A DNA stretch of 64,000 bases, from contig JBKHVJ010000024.1 of assembly GCA_046570145.1 (NCBI GenBank), positions 37,141-101,140 of the forward strand, in the 5' to 3' direction. The position numbers and the translations under genes were made by a program. This DNA comes from Alphaproteobacteria bacterium (GTDB lineage: Bacteria; Pseudomonadota; Alphaproteobacteria; Azospirillales; Azospirillaceae). The stretch's first letter is position 1. Every line of letters begins with the position of its first letter. Positions 44,134-56,612 of the stretch are shown piece by piece. The notes under the pieces were generated by a model. That model ran no database searches and was not told the origin of the DNA. It worked only from the letters and a program-made list of their open reading frames with translations.

Positions 44134-47100
44134 TCAGGCCACCGGCCGCTCGACGCCGGTGCGCTCGCGCAAGAGACGCTCCAGACGGGCGGCCTCGCGC
44201 AGCAGCACCGGCAGAAGCTGGCCGGCCTGCGCCGTGTCGCCGTTGCGGCAGATCACCTCCATCCGCCAGGCGAGATGCATGACCGTCATCCCGCCGAAAC
44301 TGCCGGCAAGGCTGGACAGGTCGTGCGCTTCCCCCGCCAGCGCCCGCATGTCGAGGACGTCGGCCGGGGATGACCGCGCCATCGCCGACAGGCGCCGCAG
44401 CCGGCAGGACACGTCGTCGAGGAAGCTTTCGACGATCAGCGCGAGATTGTCGGCACCCACCGTCTCGACCAGATCGGCCAACACCGTTTCGTCCAGACTT
44501 TCGCCGTCGTCGCCACCGCCGTCATCATCGCCATTGCCGCTGTCGCCACCGGCATCCGCCGCCGCATGCGCGCCCTCGGCCCCTGCCTCCGCCAGCCAGC
44601 GGTCCAGCGCCGCCAGCAGTCCGGCGCGGCTGATCGGTTTGGTCAGGTAATCGCTCATGCCCGCACGCAGACACAGCTCGCGCGTGCCCGGCATGGCGTC
44701 GGCGGTAAGCGCGATGATCGGCAGGTCGGCGAGCCGCCCGCCGCGCGCGCGGATCGCCTGCGCGGCCTCCAGCCCGTCCATGCCCGGCATCTGCACGTCC
44801 ATCAGCACCAGATCGATGCCGCCGCGACAGACCGCCGCCACCGCCTGCTCCCCATCCTCCGCCACCTCGACCGCGTAGCCAAGCTTGCGCAGCAGGGTTG
44901 TGGCGAACAGCTGGTTGGTGCGGTTGTCCTCCGCCAGCAGGATGCGGCCGCTGCGCGCCGGCTCTTCGCTGCGGTCGGCCGACTGCCCTTCGGCGGCCTG
45001 CCGTTCCGCCGAGGACGGTGCCGACGCCGCTGCCGCCTGGAACAGGCCGGTCAGGCATCCGGCCAACGCACTCTGGCGCAGCGGGCGGTTGAGGATGCCG
45101 TGGGCCAGATGATGGACCGGCCGGCCATCGGCACGCGCCGCCGGCCCGAGCCCGGCGATCAGCACGCGGCTGGTACCGGCCAGCATCGGATCGCCGGCGA
45201 TGGCCGCCAGCAGGGCGTCGCCGCCCATTTCCGGCATGGTCTGGTCCACCAGAACGATGTCGAACGGCCTGCCGCAGACCGCGGCGCGGGTCAGCGCCTC
45301 CAGGGCGTCGGGGCCGTTGTCCACCGCCATCGGCCAAGCCCCGAGGCTGTCGAGCATCGCCGACAGCACCCGCCGATTGACGGCCAGATCGTCCACCACC
45401 AGGGCGCGACGCCCGGCCAGCGGCTGTTCGGCGGGCGGCAGCGCCTCGTCGAGCAGGGCCAGCGGCAGGTCGACCAGGAAGCGGCTGCCAACCCCCAGGC
45501 GGCTTTCCACCGCGATACTGCCGCCCATCAGTTCCGACAGCTGGCGGCAGATCGCCAGACCCAGCCCGGTTCCGCCGAACTTGCGGGTGATCGACCCGTC
45601 CACCTGCTGGAACTTGTTGAACAGGATGGGCAGCGCCTCCGCCGGGATGCCGATTCCGGTGTCGGTCACCGTCATACGCAACACCAGATGGGTCTCGGTG
45701 GCGTCGAGCGCCTCAAGTTCCACGGCGACGGACCCCCGGTCGGTGAATTTCACCGCATTGCCCACCAGATTGACCAGAATCTGCCGGATGCGCGTCGGAT
45801 CGCCCAACAGGGTGCGGCGAAGAAGCGGGTCGATGTAGAAGCCGATCTCGATTCCCTTTTCGTGGGCGCGGGGGGTCAGCAGTTCCACCACCCCCTCCAC
45901 CAGATCGGCGGGGTCGAAGGGCAGCGTCTCGATGGTGACGCGGCCGGCCTCCAGCTTCGAGATGTCGAGGATGTCGTTGATGATGGTCAGCAGCGCGTTG
46001 GAGGAGCTGCGGATGGCCTGGGCGAACTGGTGCTGCTCCGCCGTCAGCGGGGTGTCGAACATCAGCTCGGTCATCCCCATGATGCCGTTCATCGGGGTTC
46101 GGATCTCATGGCTCATCGCCGCCAGGAATTCCGACTTCGCCTGGGTCGCCGCCTCCGCCCGTGCGCGCAGGGCGTCGGCTTCCTCGCGGGCGGCGTCCAG
46201 CCCTTCGGCCAGCGCGCACATGTCGGCCGCCTGACGCTGCAGCTCCGCCTCGAAGCGTTTGCGTTCGGTGATGTCGGTGCGGGTACAGACCAGCGCCCCG
46301 CTGCTGGTGCGGTTCTCCACCACCAGGATCCAACGGCCGTCGGGCAGCTCCCGCTCGAAAGGCGGACCGGGGTTGCGGTGCTGGGCCAGTTCCGCCTGGA
46401 TCCACGCCTCGTCGCTCGGGCCGTCCGGGTTGGCCGCGAATTCACCGTTGGCGATCGCCGTGCGCAGGATATCCTCGAAGGGACGGCCGGGCATCAGCAG
46501 CGGGGCGGTTCGCGGATGCGCGTCGCGGTAGCGCTGGTTGCACAGGATCAGCCGGTCGTCGGAATCGAAATAGGCCAGACCTTCCGGCACCGCCTCGATG
46601 GCGTCGTCCAATGTCTGCTTGGCGAGCCGGAGTTCCTCCTCCGTCATCTTGTCGCGCGTGATGTCGGTATGGGCGCCGACCATGCGCACCACCCGCCCCT
46701 CGGCATCGCGGATGTGGATGGCGCGGCTCAGGATGTAGACGGTGTGGCCCTGCTTGTGGCGGAAGCGCTGCACCGCCTCGAAATTCGGAATCTGACCGGC
46801 ATTGTAGGCCCGCACCATCTCCAGGGCGGCGATCCTGTCCTCCTCGAAGATCAGGCCAGCCCACATGTCCAGGCTGTTCTCCAGCTCGTCGTCGCGGTAG
46901 CCCAGCTGCTCCTTCCAGGTGGGGGAGAACCAGATGGCGCCGGTGTCCAGCGCCCAGTCCCAGATGCCGTCCCGCGTCGCCTGGACGGTGAGGTCCAGCA
47001 GCTCGCGGTTCGACCGCAGTTCCGCCTCTTCCCGCTTGGCGTCGGTGATGTCCTGGACCACGCCCAGCAGCCCGATCGGCCGGCCGGCCGCCCCCCATTC

Positions 47101-47943
47101 CGCCATGCCGCGGATGAAGACGTGGCGCAGCGTGCCGTCGGGACGGATGATCCGCGCCTCGACGGAGAACCCTTCGCCAGTCGCCCGCGCCCGTTCGACC
47201 AGCGGGACGATCTTCGGCAGATCGTCGGGATGGTAGGCGCCGCGCGACATGTCGACGGTCGGCGGGCCGTCCTGCGGGCTCAGGCCCATGATGCGGTAGA
47301 CCTCGTCCGACCAGCGGCGGGTGTCGGTGACGAAGTCGATGTACCAGTGCCCGAACTGGCCGATCTCCTCGGCGAGGTTCAGCAGACGGGAGCGGTCGCG
47401 CAATTCCGCTTCCGCCTGCTGGCGCCGGGTCACCTCGCGGCGAAGCTCCAGCTCGTCCACCACCAGCCGGGCGAGCTGGGTCAGGGTTTCCGCCTCCCGC
47501 GCGTCGAAACCGCCGCGAGGGGTGTCGTCGATGACGCAGAGGGTACCCAGCTTGTGACCGTCCGCCAGCAGCGGCGCGCCGGCATAGAAGCGGATGCTGG
47601 GCTCTCCCCTGACCAGCGGATTGCCGGCGAAGCGCGGGTCCTTCGTCGCGTCCGGCACCACCAGGACGCCGTCGTTGAGAATGGCATGGGCGCAGAAGGC
47701 GAGGTCGCGGTGCGTCTCCTCGACACCCAGCCCGATGCGGCTCTTGAACCACTGGCGGTTCCGGTCGATCAGGGAGACCAGCGCGATGCGCGTGCCGAAG
47801 AAATGCCGGGCAAGCCGGGTGATGTTGTCGAAGCCGGACTCCGGCGGGGTGTCGAGGACGCAGTAGGACTCCAGAACCGCCAGCCGCAGTTCCTCGTCGC
47901 AGGGAAGCGGCGCCGGAACCTCGCCAGTCGCCCCCCCGCTCAC
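44134..47943 (-). CDS. Cytoplasmic hybrid sensor kinase: GAF, ~4x PAS/PAC, HisKA, HATPase, REC, REC, Hpt
   Basis: I placed the start at GTG 47943, which overlaps the upstream regulator's TGA (GTGA); an alternative ATG lies at 47985. No TM segments are visible. The GAF text is 'IALVSLIDRNRQWFKSRIGL...FCAHAIL...FYAGAPL'. The H-box is 'FLAAMSHEIRTPMNG', and 'GGTGLGLAICRQL' follows. The receivers are 'IVLVDQTMPEMGG' and 'LVLMDVQMPGMDG', and the Hpt is 'EAHDLSSLAGSFG'. Confidence 0.9.
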   Translation of the reverse strand: MSGGATGEVPAPLPCDEELRLAVLESYCVLDTPPESGFDNITRLARHFFGTRIALVSLIDRNRQWFKSRIGLGVEETHRDLAFCAHAILNDGVLVVPDATKDPRFAGNPLVRGEPSIRFYAGAPLLADGHKLGTLCVIDDTPRGGFDAREAETLTQLARLVVDELELRREVTRRQQAEAELRDRSRLLNLAEEIGQFGHWYIDFVTDTRRWSDEVYRIMGLSPQDGPPTVDMSRGAYHPDDLPKIVPLVERARATGEGFSVEARIIRPDGTLRHVFIRGMAEWGAAGRPIGLLGVVQDITDAKREEAELRSNRELLDLTVQATRDGIWDWALDTGAIWFSPTWKEQLGYRDDELENSLDMWAGLIFEEDRIAALEMVRAYNAGQIPNFEAVQRFRHKQGHTVYILSRAIHIRDAEGRVVRMVGAHTDITRDKMTEEELRLAKQTLDDAIEAVPEGLAYFDSDDRLILCNQRYRDAHPRTAPLLMPGRPFEDILRTAIANGEFAANPDGPSDEAWIQAELAQHRNPGPPFERELPDGRWILVVENRTSSGALVCTRTDITERKRFEAELQRQAADMCALAEGLDAAREEADALRARAEAATQAKSEFLAAMSHEIRTPMNGIMGMTELMFDTPLTAEQHQFAQAIRSSSNALLTIINDILDISKLEAGRVTIETLPFDPADLVEGVVELLTPRAHEKGIEIGFYIDPLLRRTLLGDPTRIRQILVNLVGNAVKFTDRGSVAVELEALDATETHLVLRMTVTDTGIGIPAEALPILFNKFQQVDGSITRKFGGTGLGLAICRQLSELMGGSIAVESRLGVGSRFLVDLPLALLDEALPPAEQPLAGRRALVVDDLAVNRRVLSAMLDSLGAWPMAVDNGPDALEALTRAAVCGRPFDIVLVDQTMPEMGGDALLAAIAGDPMLAGTSRVLIAGLGPAARADGRPVHHLAHGILNRPLRQSALAGCLTGLFQAAAASAPSSAERQAAEGQSADRSEEPARSGRILLAEDNRTNQLFATTLLRKLGYAVEVAEDGEQAVAAVCRGGIDLVLMDVQMPGMDGLEAAQAIRARGGRLADLPIIALTADAMPGTRELCLRAGMSDYLTKPISRAGLLAALDRWLAEAGAEGAHAAADAGGDSGNGDDDGGGDDGESLDETVLADLVETVGADNLALIVESFLDDVSCRLRRLSAMARSSPADVLDMRALAGEAHDLSSLAGSFGGMTVMHLAWRMEVICRNGDTAQAGQLLPVLLREAARLERLLRERTGVERPVA

Positions 47944-49481
47944 GCGGCATTCCCCTGGGCGGCAGCACTCTCGGCGGAGCGCCATTGCTGCAGCTTGCGG
48001 TAGATGGTGGACGGGCTGATCTCCAGCATCAGGGCGGCACGCGGCACGTCGTCGCCGCTCAGCCGCAGGGCCTTCAGGATCATCTCCTTCTCCACCTGCC
48101 ACAGCGGAAGGACGGCGCCGTCCTCCTCCGGCCCGCCGTCCGCCGGGGCACCGGAACCGGCCGCGGCATCGGCGCCGACCCCGCCGGCCCCGGTCAGGGG
48201 CGGCAGCATCTCCAGCATTACCAGCGGTCCGTCGTTCAGCACGACGACGTTGCGGAGGACGTTCTGAAGCTGCCGCACGTTCCCCGGCCAGTCATGGGCA
48301 CGCAGCCGCGCCTCCACCTCCGGGGCGAAGGCTGCCAGGGATTTCCCCTCCTCCCGCGCATAGTCGATCAGGAAGGAGCGGGCGATCTCGATCACGTCGT
48401 CGCCGCGGTCGCGCAGCGGCGGCAGGGCGAGCGGGATGACGTGCAGGCGGTAATAGAGATCCTCGCGGAAACGGCCGGCCTGCACCTCGGCCAGCGGATC
48501 GCGGTTGGTGGCGGCGACGAATCGCACATCCACCCGCTCCTCCCGCCCGCTGCCCACTGGACTGACGGTCCCGGTCTGGACGAACCGCAGCAGCTTGCTC
48601 TGCAACTCCACCGGCATCTCGCAGATCTCGTCCAGGAACAGCGTCCCGCCGTCGGCAAGCAGCGCCGCACCAGGCCGGTCGCCCGCCGCCCCGGTGAAGG
48701 CGCCCTTCACATGGCCGAAAATCTCCGATTCCAGCAGTTCCTTCGGAATGGCGGCGCAGTTCAGCGCGATGAAGGCGCGATCGCGGCGCGGGCTGGCTCG
48801 GTGGATGGCTTGGGCCGCCACCTCCTTGCCGGTCCCGCTCTCTCCGGTGATGAAGACGTTGGCGCGGCTGGCCGCCACGCTTTCGATTGTGCGGTAGACC
48901 GCCTGCATCTCGGGCGAGCTGCCGATGAAACCATGGAAGCGCCCGCGGTCGAGGTCCTTGCGGTATCCCTCCACCATGCGCGCCAGCGTCCGCCGCTCCA
49001 GCGCGTTGCGAAGGGTCAGGTTCAGCCGGTCGGCGTTCAAGGGCTTCACGATGAAGTCGAAGGCGCCCAGCTTCATCGCCTCGACCGCCAGATCGATAGA
49101 GCCGTGGGCGGTGATGATGACCACCGAGACGCTCGGATCGCGGGCGTGAAGGGCCTGCAGCACCTCCAGCCCGTCCATGTCCGGCAGCTTCAGGTCCAGG
49201 ATCACCGCGTCGGGCGGCGATGCCGCCGCGGCGTCCAGCGCCTCGCGCCCGCGGGTGCAATGCACGACCTCATGGGCGTCCGCGCGGAGAAACTCGATAT
49301 ACAGCTTGGCGAGCGGGACCGTATCCTCGATCAGCAGGATGCGGTGCTTCTTGGAGGAGGACACGGGCGCAACACTCGGGCAATCGGTGGCAAAGGAATA
49401 TTCGTCCGCAGTGTAACCCGGCGAAAGCCATGCCGCCAGTCGGGGCGATCCCACCGGCATATGACGTTCGATAGAGAACAT
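47940..49481 (-). CDS. Sigma-54-dependent Fis-family response regulator (NtrC class; LuxO-like receiver)
   Basis: The REC text is 'HRILLIEDTVPLAKLYIEFL...VILDLKLPDMDG...AFDFIVKP'. The AAA+ domain has 'VFITGESGTGKEVAA', an intact 'GAFTGA' and 'RVDVRFVAATN'. The Fis HTH is 'LEISPSTIYRKLQQW'. The start is ambiguous (ATG 49481, ATG 49460 or GTG 49364), and none has a convincing SD. Confidence 0.9.
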   Translation of the reverse strand: MFSIERHMPVGSPRLAAWLSPGYTADEYSFATDCPSVAPVSSSKKHRILLIEDTVPLAKLYIEFLRADAHEVVHCTRGREALDAAAASPPDAVILDLKLPDMDGLEVLQALHARDPSVSVVIITAHGSIDLAVEAMKLGAFDFIVKPLNADRLNLTLRNALERRTLARMVEGYRKDLDRGRFHGFIGSSPEMQAVYRTIESVAASRANVFITGESGTGKEVAAQAIHRASPRRDRAFIALNCAAIPKELLESEIFGHVKGAFTGAAGDRPGAALLADGGTLFLDEICEMPVELQSKLLRFVQTGTVSPVGSGREERVDVRFVAATNRDPLAEVQAGRFREDLYYRLHVIPLALPPLRDRGDDVIEIARSFLIDYAREEGKSLAAFAPEVEARLRAHDWPGNVRQLQNVLRNVVVLNDGPLVMLEMLPPLTGAGGVGADAAAGSGAPADGGPEEDGAVLPLWQVEKEMILKALRLSGDDVPRAALMLEISPSTIYRKLQQWRSAESAAAQGNAA

Positions 49482-49509
49482 CCGCCCGCCGCGACTCCGG
49501 ATTCTCCGC

Positions 49510-50280
49510 TTACGCCCCGTTGTCGATCAGGTCGGTGCGCCCGATCCGCCGCAGCGAGACTTGGACGCGGGCATTGTGCTCCCGAATCTCCCGCAAGGTC
49601 TGCAGCGTGAATTCCACATGGGCGTAGGCTGCCGCACTCGCAGCATCCGCGTCGCCGGTCAGCACCGCATCGGCGATTGCCAGATGCTGTTGCAGCAGAA
49701 GCTCGCGCACCCCCGGGCGGGAATAGAGGTCGGCACGGTTGTAGAACACGTCGTTGCGCAGCAGGTCGGACAGGGTCCGCATGATGTGCAGCATGACGAC
49801 GTTGTGGGCCGCTTCGTAGACCGCCAGATGCAGGTCGGCATCGGCCTCCGCCTCTTCCGAACTGTCGTCCTTGCCATGGGCGGCCCGCATGCGGGCAATG
49901 ATGGCGCGAATGCCGTCGCGGTCGAGGTCGGTCGCCCGCTGCGCCGCCAGCCCGGCCGCCGCCGCCTCGATGGAGCGGCGGAACTCCAGATAATCGAAGG
50001 ACGCGTCCGGCTTGTTGCGCATCAGCGTCATCAACGGATCGGCGATCTGCGACAGGAAGGTGGCGACATGGGTGCCGCCGCGCCCGGTGACCAGCAGGCC
50101 GCGCTCCTCCAGCTTGGCGATGGCATCGCGCAGCGACGGACGGGACACATCCAGCTTCACCGCCAGTTCGCGTTCGGCCAGCAGCTTTTCCCCCGGACGG
50201 AGCGCGCCTTCCAGGATCAGCCGTTCCAGATGCTCGGCAATGGCGTCGGCCAGCTTGGCCGGTTTGATCGTCCCCTGCAT
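49510..50280 (-). CDS. GntR-family, FadR-subfamily regulator (LldR/PdhR-like)
   Basis: The wHTH is 'GEKLLAERELAVKLDVSRPSLRDAIAKLEERGLL'. The C-terminal FCD-type helical domain includes 'ADLHLAVYEAAHNVVMLHI'. It is divergent from the lactate-utilisation genes. Confidence 0.88.
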   Translation of the reverse strand: MQGTIKPAKLADAIAEHLERLILEGALRPGEKLLAERELAVKLDVSRPSLRDAIAKLEERGLLVTGRGGTHVATFLSQIADPLMTLMRNKPDASFDYLEFRRSIEAAAAGLAAQRATDLDRDGIRAIIARMRAAHGKDDSSEEAEADADLHLAVYEAAHNVVMLHIMRTLSDLLRNDVFYNRADLYSRPGVRELLLQQHLAIADAVLTGDADAASAAAYAHVEFTLQTLREIREHNARVQVSLRRIGRTDLIDNGA

Positions 50281-50444
50281 TGGATCGGCGTCCCTCCCTG
50301 CACCTCTCGGTCCCCTTCTACCGATGGACGGAAGATACGTCCAGTGCGGCCGTCCGGATCAGATTGCCGGGCATCGGGCCCGTTGCGGGCATCGTCGCCT
50401 ACCGAAGCGGATCGCATGGCAAACGATTCAGCCATTGCACAATC

Positions 50445-50463
50445 TGGTAAAATCTTTTATCCA
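50445..50463. promoter_or_regulatory. Candidate GntR/LldR-type operator (imperfect palindrome TGGTAAAATCTTTTATCCA)
   Basis: The site has TGG-N13-CCA symmetry with AAA/TTT arms. It sits inside the only AT-rich patch (about 50420-50490) of the divergent lldR-like/dld intergenic region. Its similarity to FadR-subfamily half-sites (TNGT/ACNA) is only approximate. Confidence 0.35.
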
Positions 50464-50577
50464 CGTTTTGCCGTATGGAAAACTGATGTCCGCAGCCGCC
50501 GGTCCGCAAGGAACCCCCTTGCCGCGGGGAGGACGCCGTCGCCACGCCATCCCTCTCACCCGCAGGAGCCGCCGCCG

Positions 50578-53472
<2,895 letters not shown>

Positions 53473-53533
53473 GCGACGACTTATGAAAGCTTCGATGCCC
53501 AGCCATAAAAAAGACGCCGCTGAGGAAACGCCC

Positions 53534-54286
53534 ATGGACCACCAGCCCGCCAAACCCACCCGCGTCTATTACTTCGGCACCTGCCTCGTCGACCTGTTCT
53601 TTCCCGACGCCGGCATGGCGGGGATCGAGCTGCTGCAGTCCCAGGGCCTGACCGTCGTCTTCCCCCAGGGGCAAAGCTGCTGCGGCCAGCCGGCCTACAA
53701 TTCCGGCTATCGCGCCGACGCCCTGAAGGTCGCCCGCGCGCAGCTCGACCTGTTCCCCGGCGACGACCCCATCGTGGTGCCTTCGGGCTCCTGCGCCGGC
53801 ATGATGAAGAAGCACTGGCCCGACCTGTTCCGCGGCGAGCCGGACGAGGCCGAGGCGGTGCAGGTGGCGGCCCGCGTGTGGGAGTTGACGCAGTTCCTGG
53901 TCCATGTGCTGGACGTCCAACTCACCGACAAGGGCGAGCCGCTGCGCGTCACCTGGCACGCCTCCTGCCATGCCCAGCGCGAGATGGGCGTCGTGGAGGA
54001 GCCGAAGGCGCTGCTGCGCCAGCTCGCCAACGTCGAGCTGGTGGAGTTGAAGCGGGAGAAGGAATGCTGCGGCTTCGGCGGCACCTTCGCCGTGCGCCAT
54101 CCGGAGATCTCCGCCGCGATGGTCGGCGACAAGGTGGCGGACATCGAGGGCACCGGCGCCGCCCGCGTGGTGTCCGGCGACTGCGGCTGCCTGCTGAACA
54201 TCGACGGCGCGCTGGAGGCCGGAGCCAAGGCTGCGCGCGGCCAGCACATCGCCCAGTTCCTGAAGGAGCGCATCCATGGACGGTAA
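53534..54286 (+). CDS. lutA: Lactate utilisation protein A ((Fe-S)-binding, CCG-domain oxidoreductase subunit)
   Basis: The ATG at 53534 is preceded by GAGGAA. The text includes 'VYYFGTCLVDLFFP' and the CCG motifs 'GQSCCGQPAYNSG' and 'KECCGFGGTFAV'. Confidence 0.9.
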   Translation: MDHQPAKPTRVYYFGTCLVDLFFPDAGMAGIELLQSQGLTVVFPQGQSCCGQPAYNSGYRADALKVARAQLDLFPGDDPIVVPSGSCAGMMKKHWPDLFRGEPDEAEAVQVAARVWELTQFLVHVLDVQLTDKGEPLRVTWHASCHAQREMGVVEEPKALLRQLANVELVELKREKECCGFGGTFAVRHPEISAAMVGDKVADIEGTGAARVVSGDCGCLLNIDGALEAGAKAARGQHIAQFLKERIHGR

Positions 54287-55700
54287 CGCACCGGATTTCG
54301 CCGCCGCCTCGCGCGCGGCGCTGGCCGACCCGCAGCTGCGCGGCAATTTCCGCCGCGCCATGGACGGGCTGATGACCAAGCGCGCCGCCCAGTTCGCGGA
54401 CGCAGGCGAATGGCATGCCGTGCGGGCGCTTGCCGCCTCGGTCCGGCTGCGCGCCCTGTCGAAACTGCCGGAACTGCTGGAAAAGCTGGAGGAAAACTGC
54501 ACCCGCAACGGCATCACCGTCCACTGGGCCGCCACGACGGACGAAGCCAATGCCATCGCGCTCGACATCCTGCACAAGGCGAATGCCAAGCTGGTGGTCA
54601 AGGGCAAGTCGATGGTGACGGAGGAGATGCATTTGAACGCCGTCCTGGAAAAGGACGGCATCGAGGTGCTGGAAAGCGACCTCGGCGAATATATCGTTCA
54701 GCTGGACGGCACCATGCCGTCGCACATCATCATGCCGGCGATCCACCTGAACACCAAGCAGATCGCCCATCTGTTCAAGCGCAAGATCAAGGACGCCGAA
54801 AGCCGCGAGGATGCGGCCTATCTGACCGACCTCGCCCGCCGGGTGCTGCGCGCCAAGTTCCAGGCCGCCGATGTCGGCATGTCCGGCGTCAACGCCGCCG
54901 TGGCGGAGACCGGCACCCTCTGCCTGATCGAGAATGAGGGCAACGGCCGCATGTGCACCACGGTGCCGCCGGTCCACATCGCCTTCATGGGTCTGGAGAA
55001 GGTGGTGGAAAAGCTGGAGGACGTGCCGCCGGTCATCAGTCTGCTGCCGCGCTCCGCCACCGGCCAGCCGATCACCACCTACGTCAACATGATCTCCGGC
55101 CCGCGCAAAGACGGCGAGAAGGACGGCCCGCGCGAGGTGCATCTGGTCATCCTCGACAATGGCCGGTCCAGCATCTACGCCGATCCGGACCTGCGCGACA
55201 CGCTGCGCTGCATCCGCTGCGGCGCCTGCATGAACCATTGCCCGGTCTACACCAAGGTCGGCGGCCATGCCTATGAGGCGCCCTACCCCGGCCCCATCGG
55301 CAAGATCCTGATGCCGCAGATCGAGGGGCTGGCCAAGCGCGGCGCCATGCCCCACGCCTGCACCATGTGCAACGCCTGCGTCGAGATCTGCCCGGTGAAG
55401 ATCCCCATCGTCGAGATCATGGGGCGGCTGCGCGTCGAGGCGGTGAAGCCCGGCGCTGCGGTGAAGGACGGCGGCGCCAAGGCCAGCCGGGCGGAAGCGA
55501 TGGTGTGGAGCGGCTGGGCGGCGATGAACGCCTCCCCCACCGCCTACCGCATCGCGACCGCGGCGATGAGCAAACTCGGCAATGCGGCGCCCTCATCGCT
55601 GCCGCTTCTGAAGGAATGGACGAACGTCCGCGCCAAGCCCCGCTTCGCCGGCCGCACCCTGCACGACCTTGCCCGCGCCAAGGGGGTTCCCGATGTCTGA
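54276..55700 (+). CDS. lutB: Lactate utilisation protein B (4Fe-4S cluster protein)
   Basis: It overlaps the lutA stop by 11 nt. The text includes 'GVNAAVAETGTLCLIENEGNGRM' and the ferredoxin motifs 'CIRCGACMNHCPVY' and 'CTMCNACVEICPVKI'. Confidence 0.92.
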   Translation: MDGNAPDFAAASRAALADPQLRGNFRRAMDGLMTKRAAQFADAGEWHAVRALAASVRLRALSKLPELLEKLEENCTRNGITVHWAATTDEANAIALDILHKANAKLVVKGKSMVTEEMHLNAVLEKDGIEVLESDLGEYIVQLDGTMPSHIIMPAIHLNTKQIAHLFKRKIKDAESREDAAYLTDLARRVLRAKFQAADVGMSGVNAAVAETGTLCLIENEGNGRMCTTVPPVHIAFMGLEKVVEKLEDVPPVISLLPRSATGQPITTYVNMISGPRKDGEKDGPREVHLVILDNGRSSIYADPDLRDTLRCIRCGACMNHCPVYTKVGGHAYEAPYPGPIGKILMPQIEGLAKRGAMPHACTMCNACVEICPVKIPIVEIMGRLRVEAVKPGAAVKDGGAKASRAEAMVWSGWAAMNASPTAYRIATAAMSKLGNAAPSSLPLLKEWTNVRAKPRFAGRTLHDLARAKGVPDV

Positions 55701-56358
55701 CGCCCGCAACTCGATCCTGACGAAGCTGCGCGCCACCCGCGACGCGCACCCGCTGACTCCGCCCGCGTCGGACTTCGCGCCGATCGAGGCGAAGCGCTGG
55801 CCCGATGAGGAGCGCCTGCCCCGCATCCGCCGCCTGATGGAAGCGGTGCATACGGAGTTTTTGGAGGCAGCCGAGGCCGACTGGCCGGCGGTGCTGCGCG
55901 ACTTCCTGGCGCGGGAGGGCGTAGGGTCATTGATGTATGCGCCGGCGACGGATGCTGGAAAGCGGCTGGTCGAGGGGTGGGAGTCGGCAGCGAATCCCAT
56001 CCTGATCCCCTACGACCGCCCACTCGAAGACCTCAAGCCCCAGCTGTTCGAGTCCATCGAAGCCGGGCTGACCACCACCCGCGGCGCCATCGCCGAGACC
56101 GGCAGCCTGATCCTGTGGCCGACGGCGGACGAGCCGCGGACCCTCTCGCTGGTCCCGCACATCCACATCGCGCTGCTGCGCACCGACGCCCTCTACGACA
56201 CCTTCCTGCTGGCGATGCGCGAGCAGCGCTGGGCGGACGGCATGCCGACCAACGCGCTGCTGGTGTCCGGTCCCAGCAAGACCGCCGACATCGAACAGAC
56301 GCTGGCCTACGGCGTCCACGGTCCGAAGCGGCTGGTCGTCCTGGTGGTCCACCCATGA
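55693..56358 (+). CDS. lutC: Lactate utilisation protein C
   Basis: The ATG at 55693 overlaps the lutB stop (ATGTCTGA). LUD-domain text is 'GAIAETGSLILWPTADEPRTLSLVPHIHIALL' and 'LVSGPSKTADIEQTLAYGVHGPKRL'. Confidence 0.88.
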   Translation: MSDARNSILTKLRATRDAHPLTPPASDFAPIEAKRWPDEERLPRIRRLMEAVHTEFLEAAEADWPAVLRDFLAREGVGSLMYAPATDAGKRLVEGWESAANPILIPYDRPLEDLKPQLFESIEAGLTTTRGAIAETGSLILWPTADEPRTLSLVPHIHIALLRTDALYDTFLLAMREQRWADGMPTNALLVSGPSKTADIEQTLAYGVHGPKRLVVLVVHP

Positions 56359-56612
56359 CGGTCCGCCCGACGGCAGAGCCGGCGACCCGGCTCTACGAGG
56401 CGATCCTGCATCTCAGGCGCCTCGGCCACCGGGTGGAGAAATGCGAAGGGCGGCGCGGGCGACATCGGCTGGATGGAGCCGAGATCGCCGACGCCGCCCT
56501 TCTCGAGCTGGCGATGACCCGCGTCCGCCGGGCGGCACGGGCCAAATGTCCAGGTCAGGCCGGACGCACCGCCGCCGGGCGCGACACCGCCACCGACGGC
56601 TTGCGGCCGTAG
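56355..56612 (+). CDS. Possible small basic protein (85 aa) with an ATGA overlap to lutC
   Basis: The ATG at 56355 overlaps the lutC TGA (ATGA). The first ~55 codons end strongly in G/C. The 3' 58 nt overlap the convergent dadA end. I do not securely recognise a family. Confidence 0.3.
   Translation: MTVRPTAEPATRLYEAILHLRRLGHRVEKCEGRRGRHRLDGAEIADAALLELAMTRVRRAARAKCPGQAGRTAAGRDTATDGLRP

Noticed and set aside
53954-53968. The sigma-54-like sequence TGGCACGCCTCCTGC on the plus strand.
   Set aside because: It lies inside the lutA coding sequence, its -12 element is CTGC rather than TTGC, and no gene start follows. It is most likely a chance match in GC-rich DNA.
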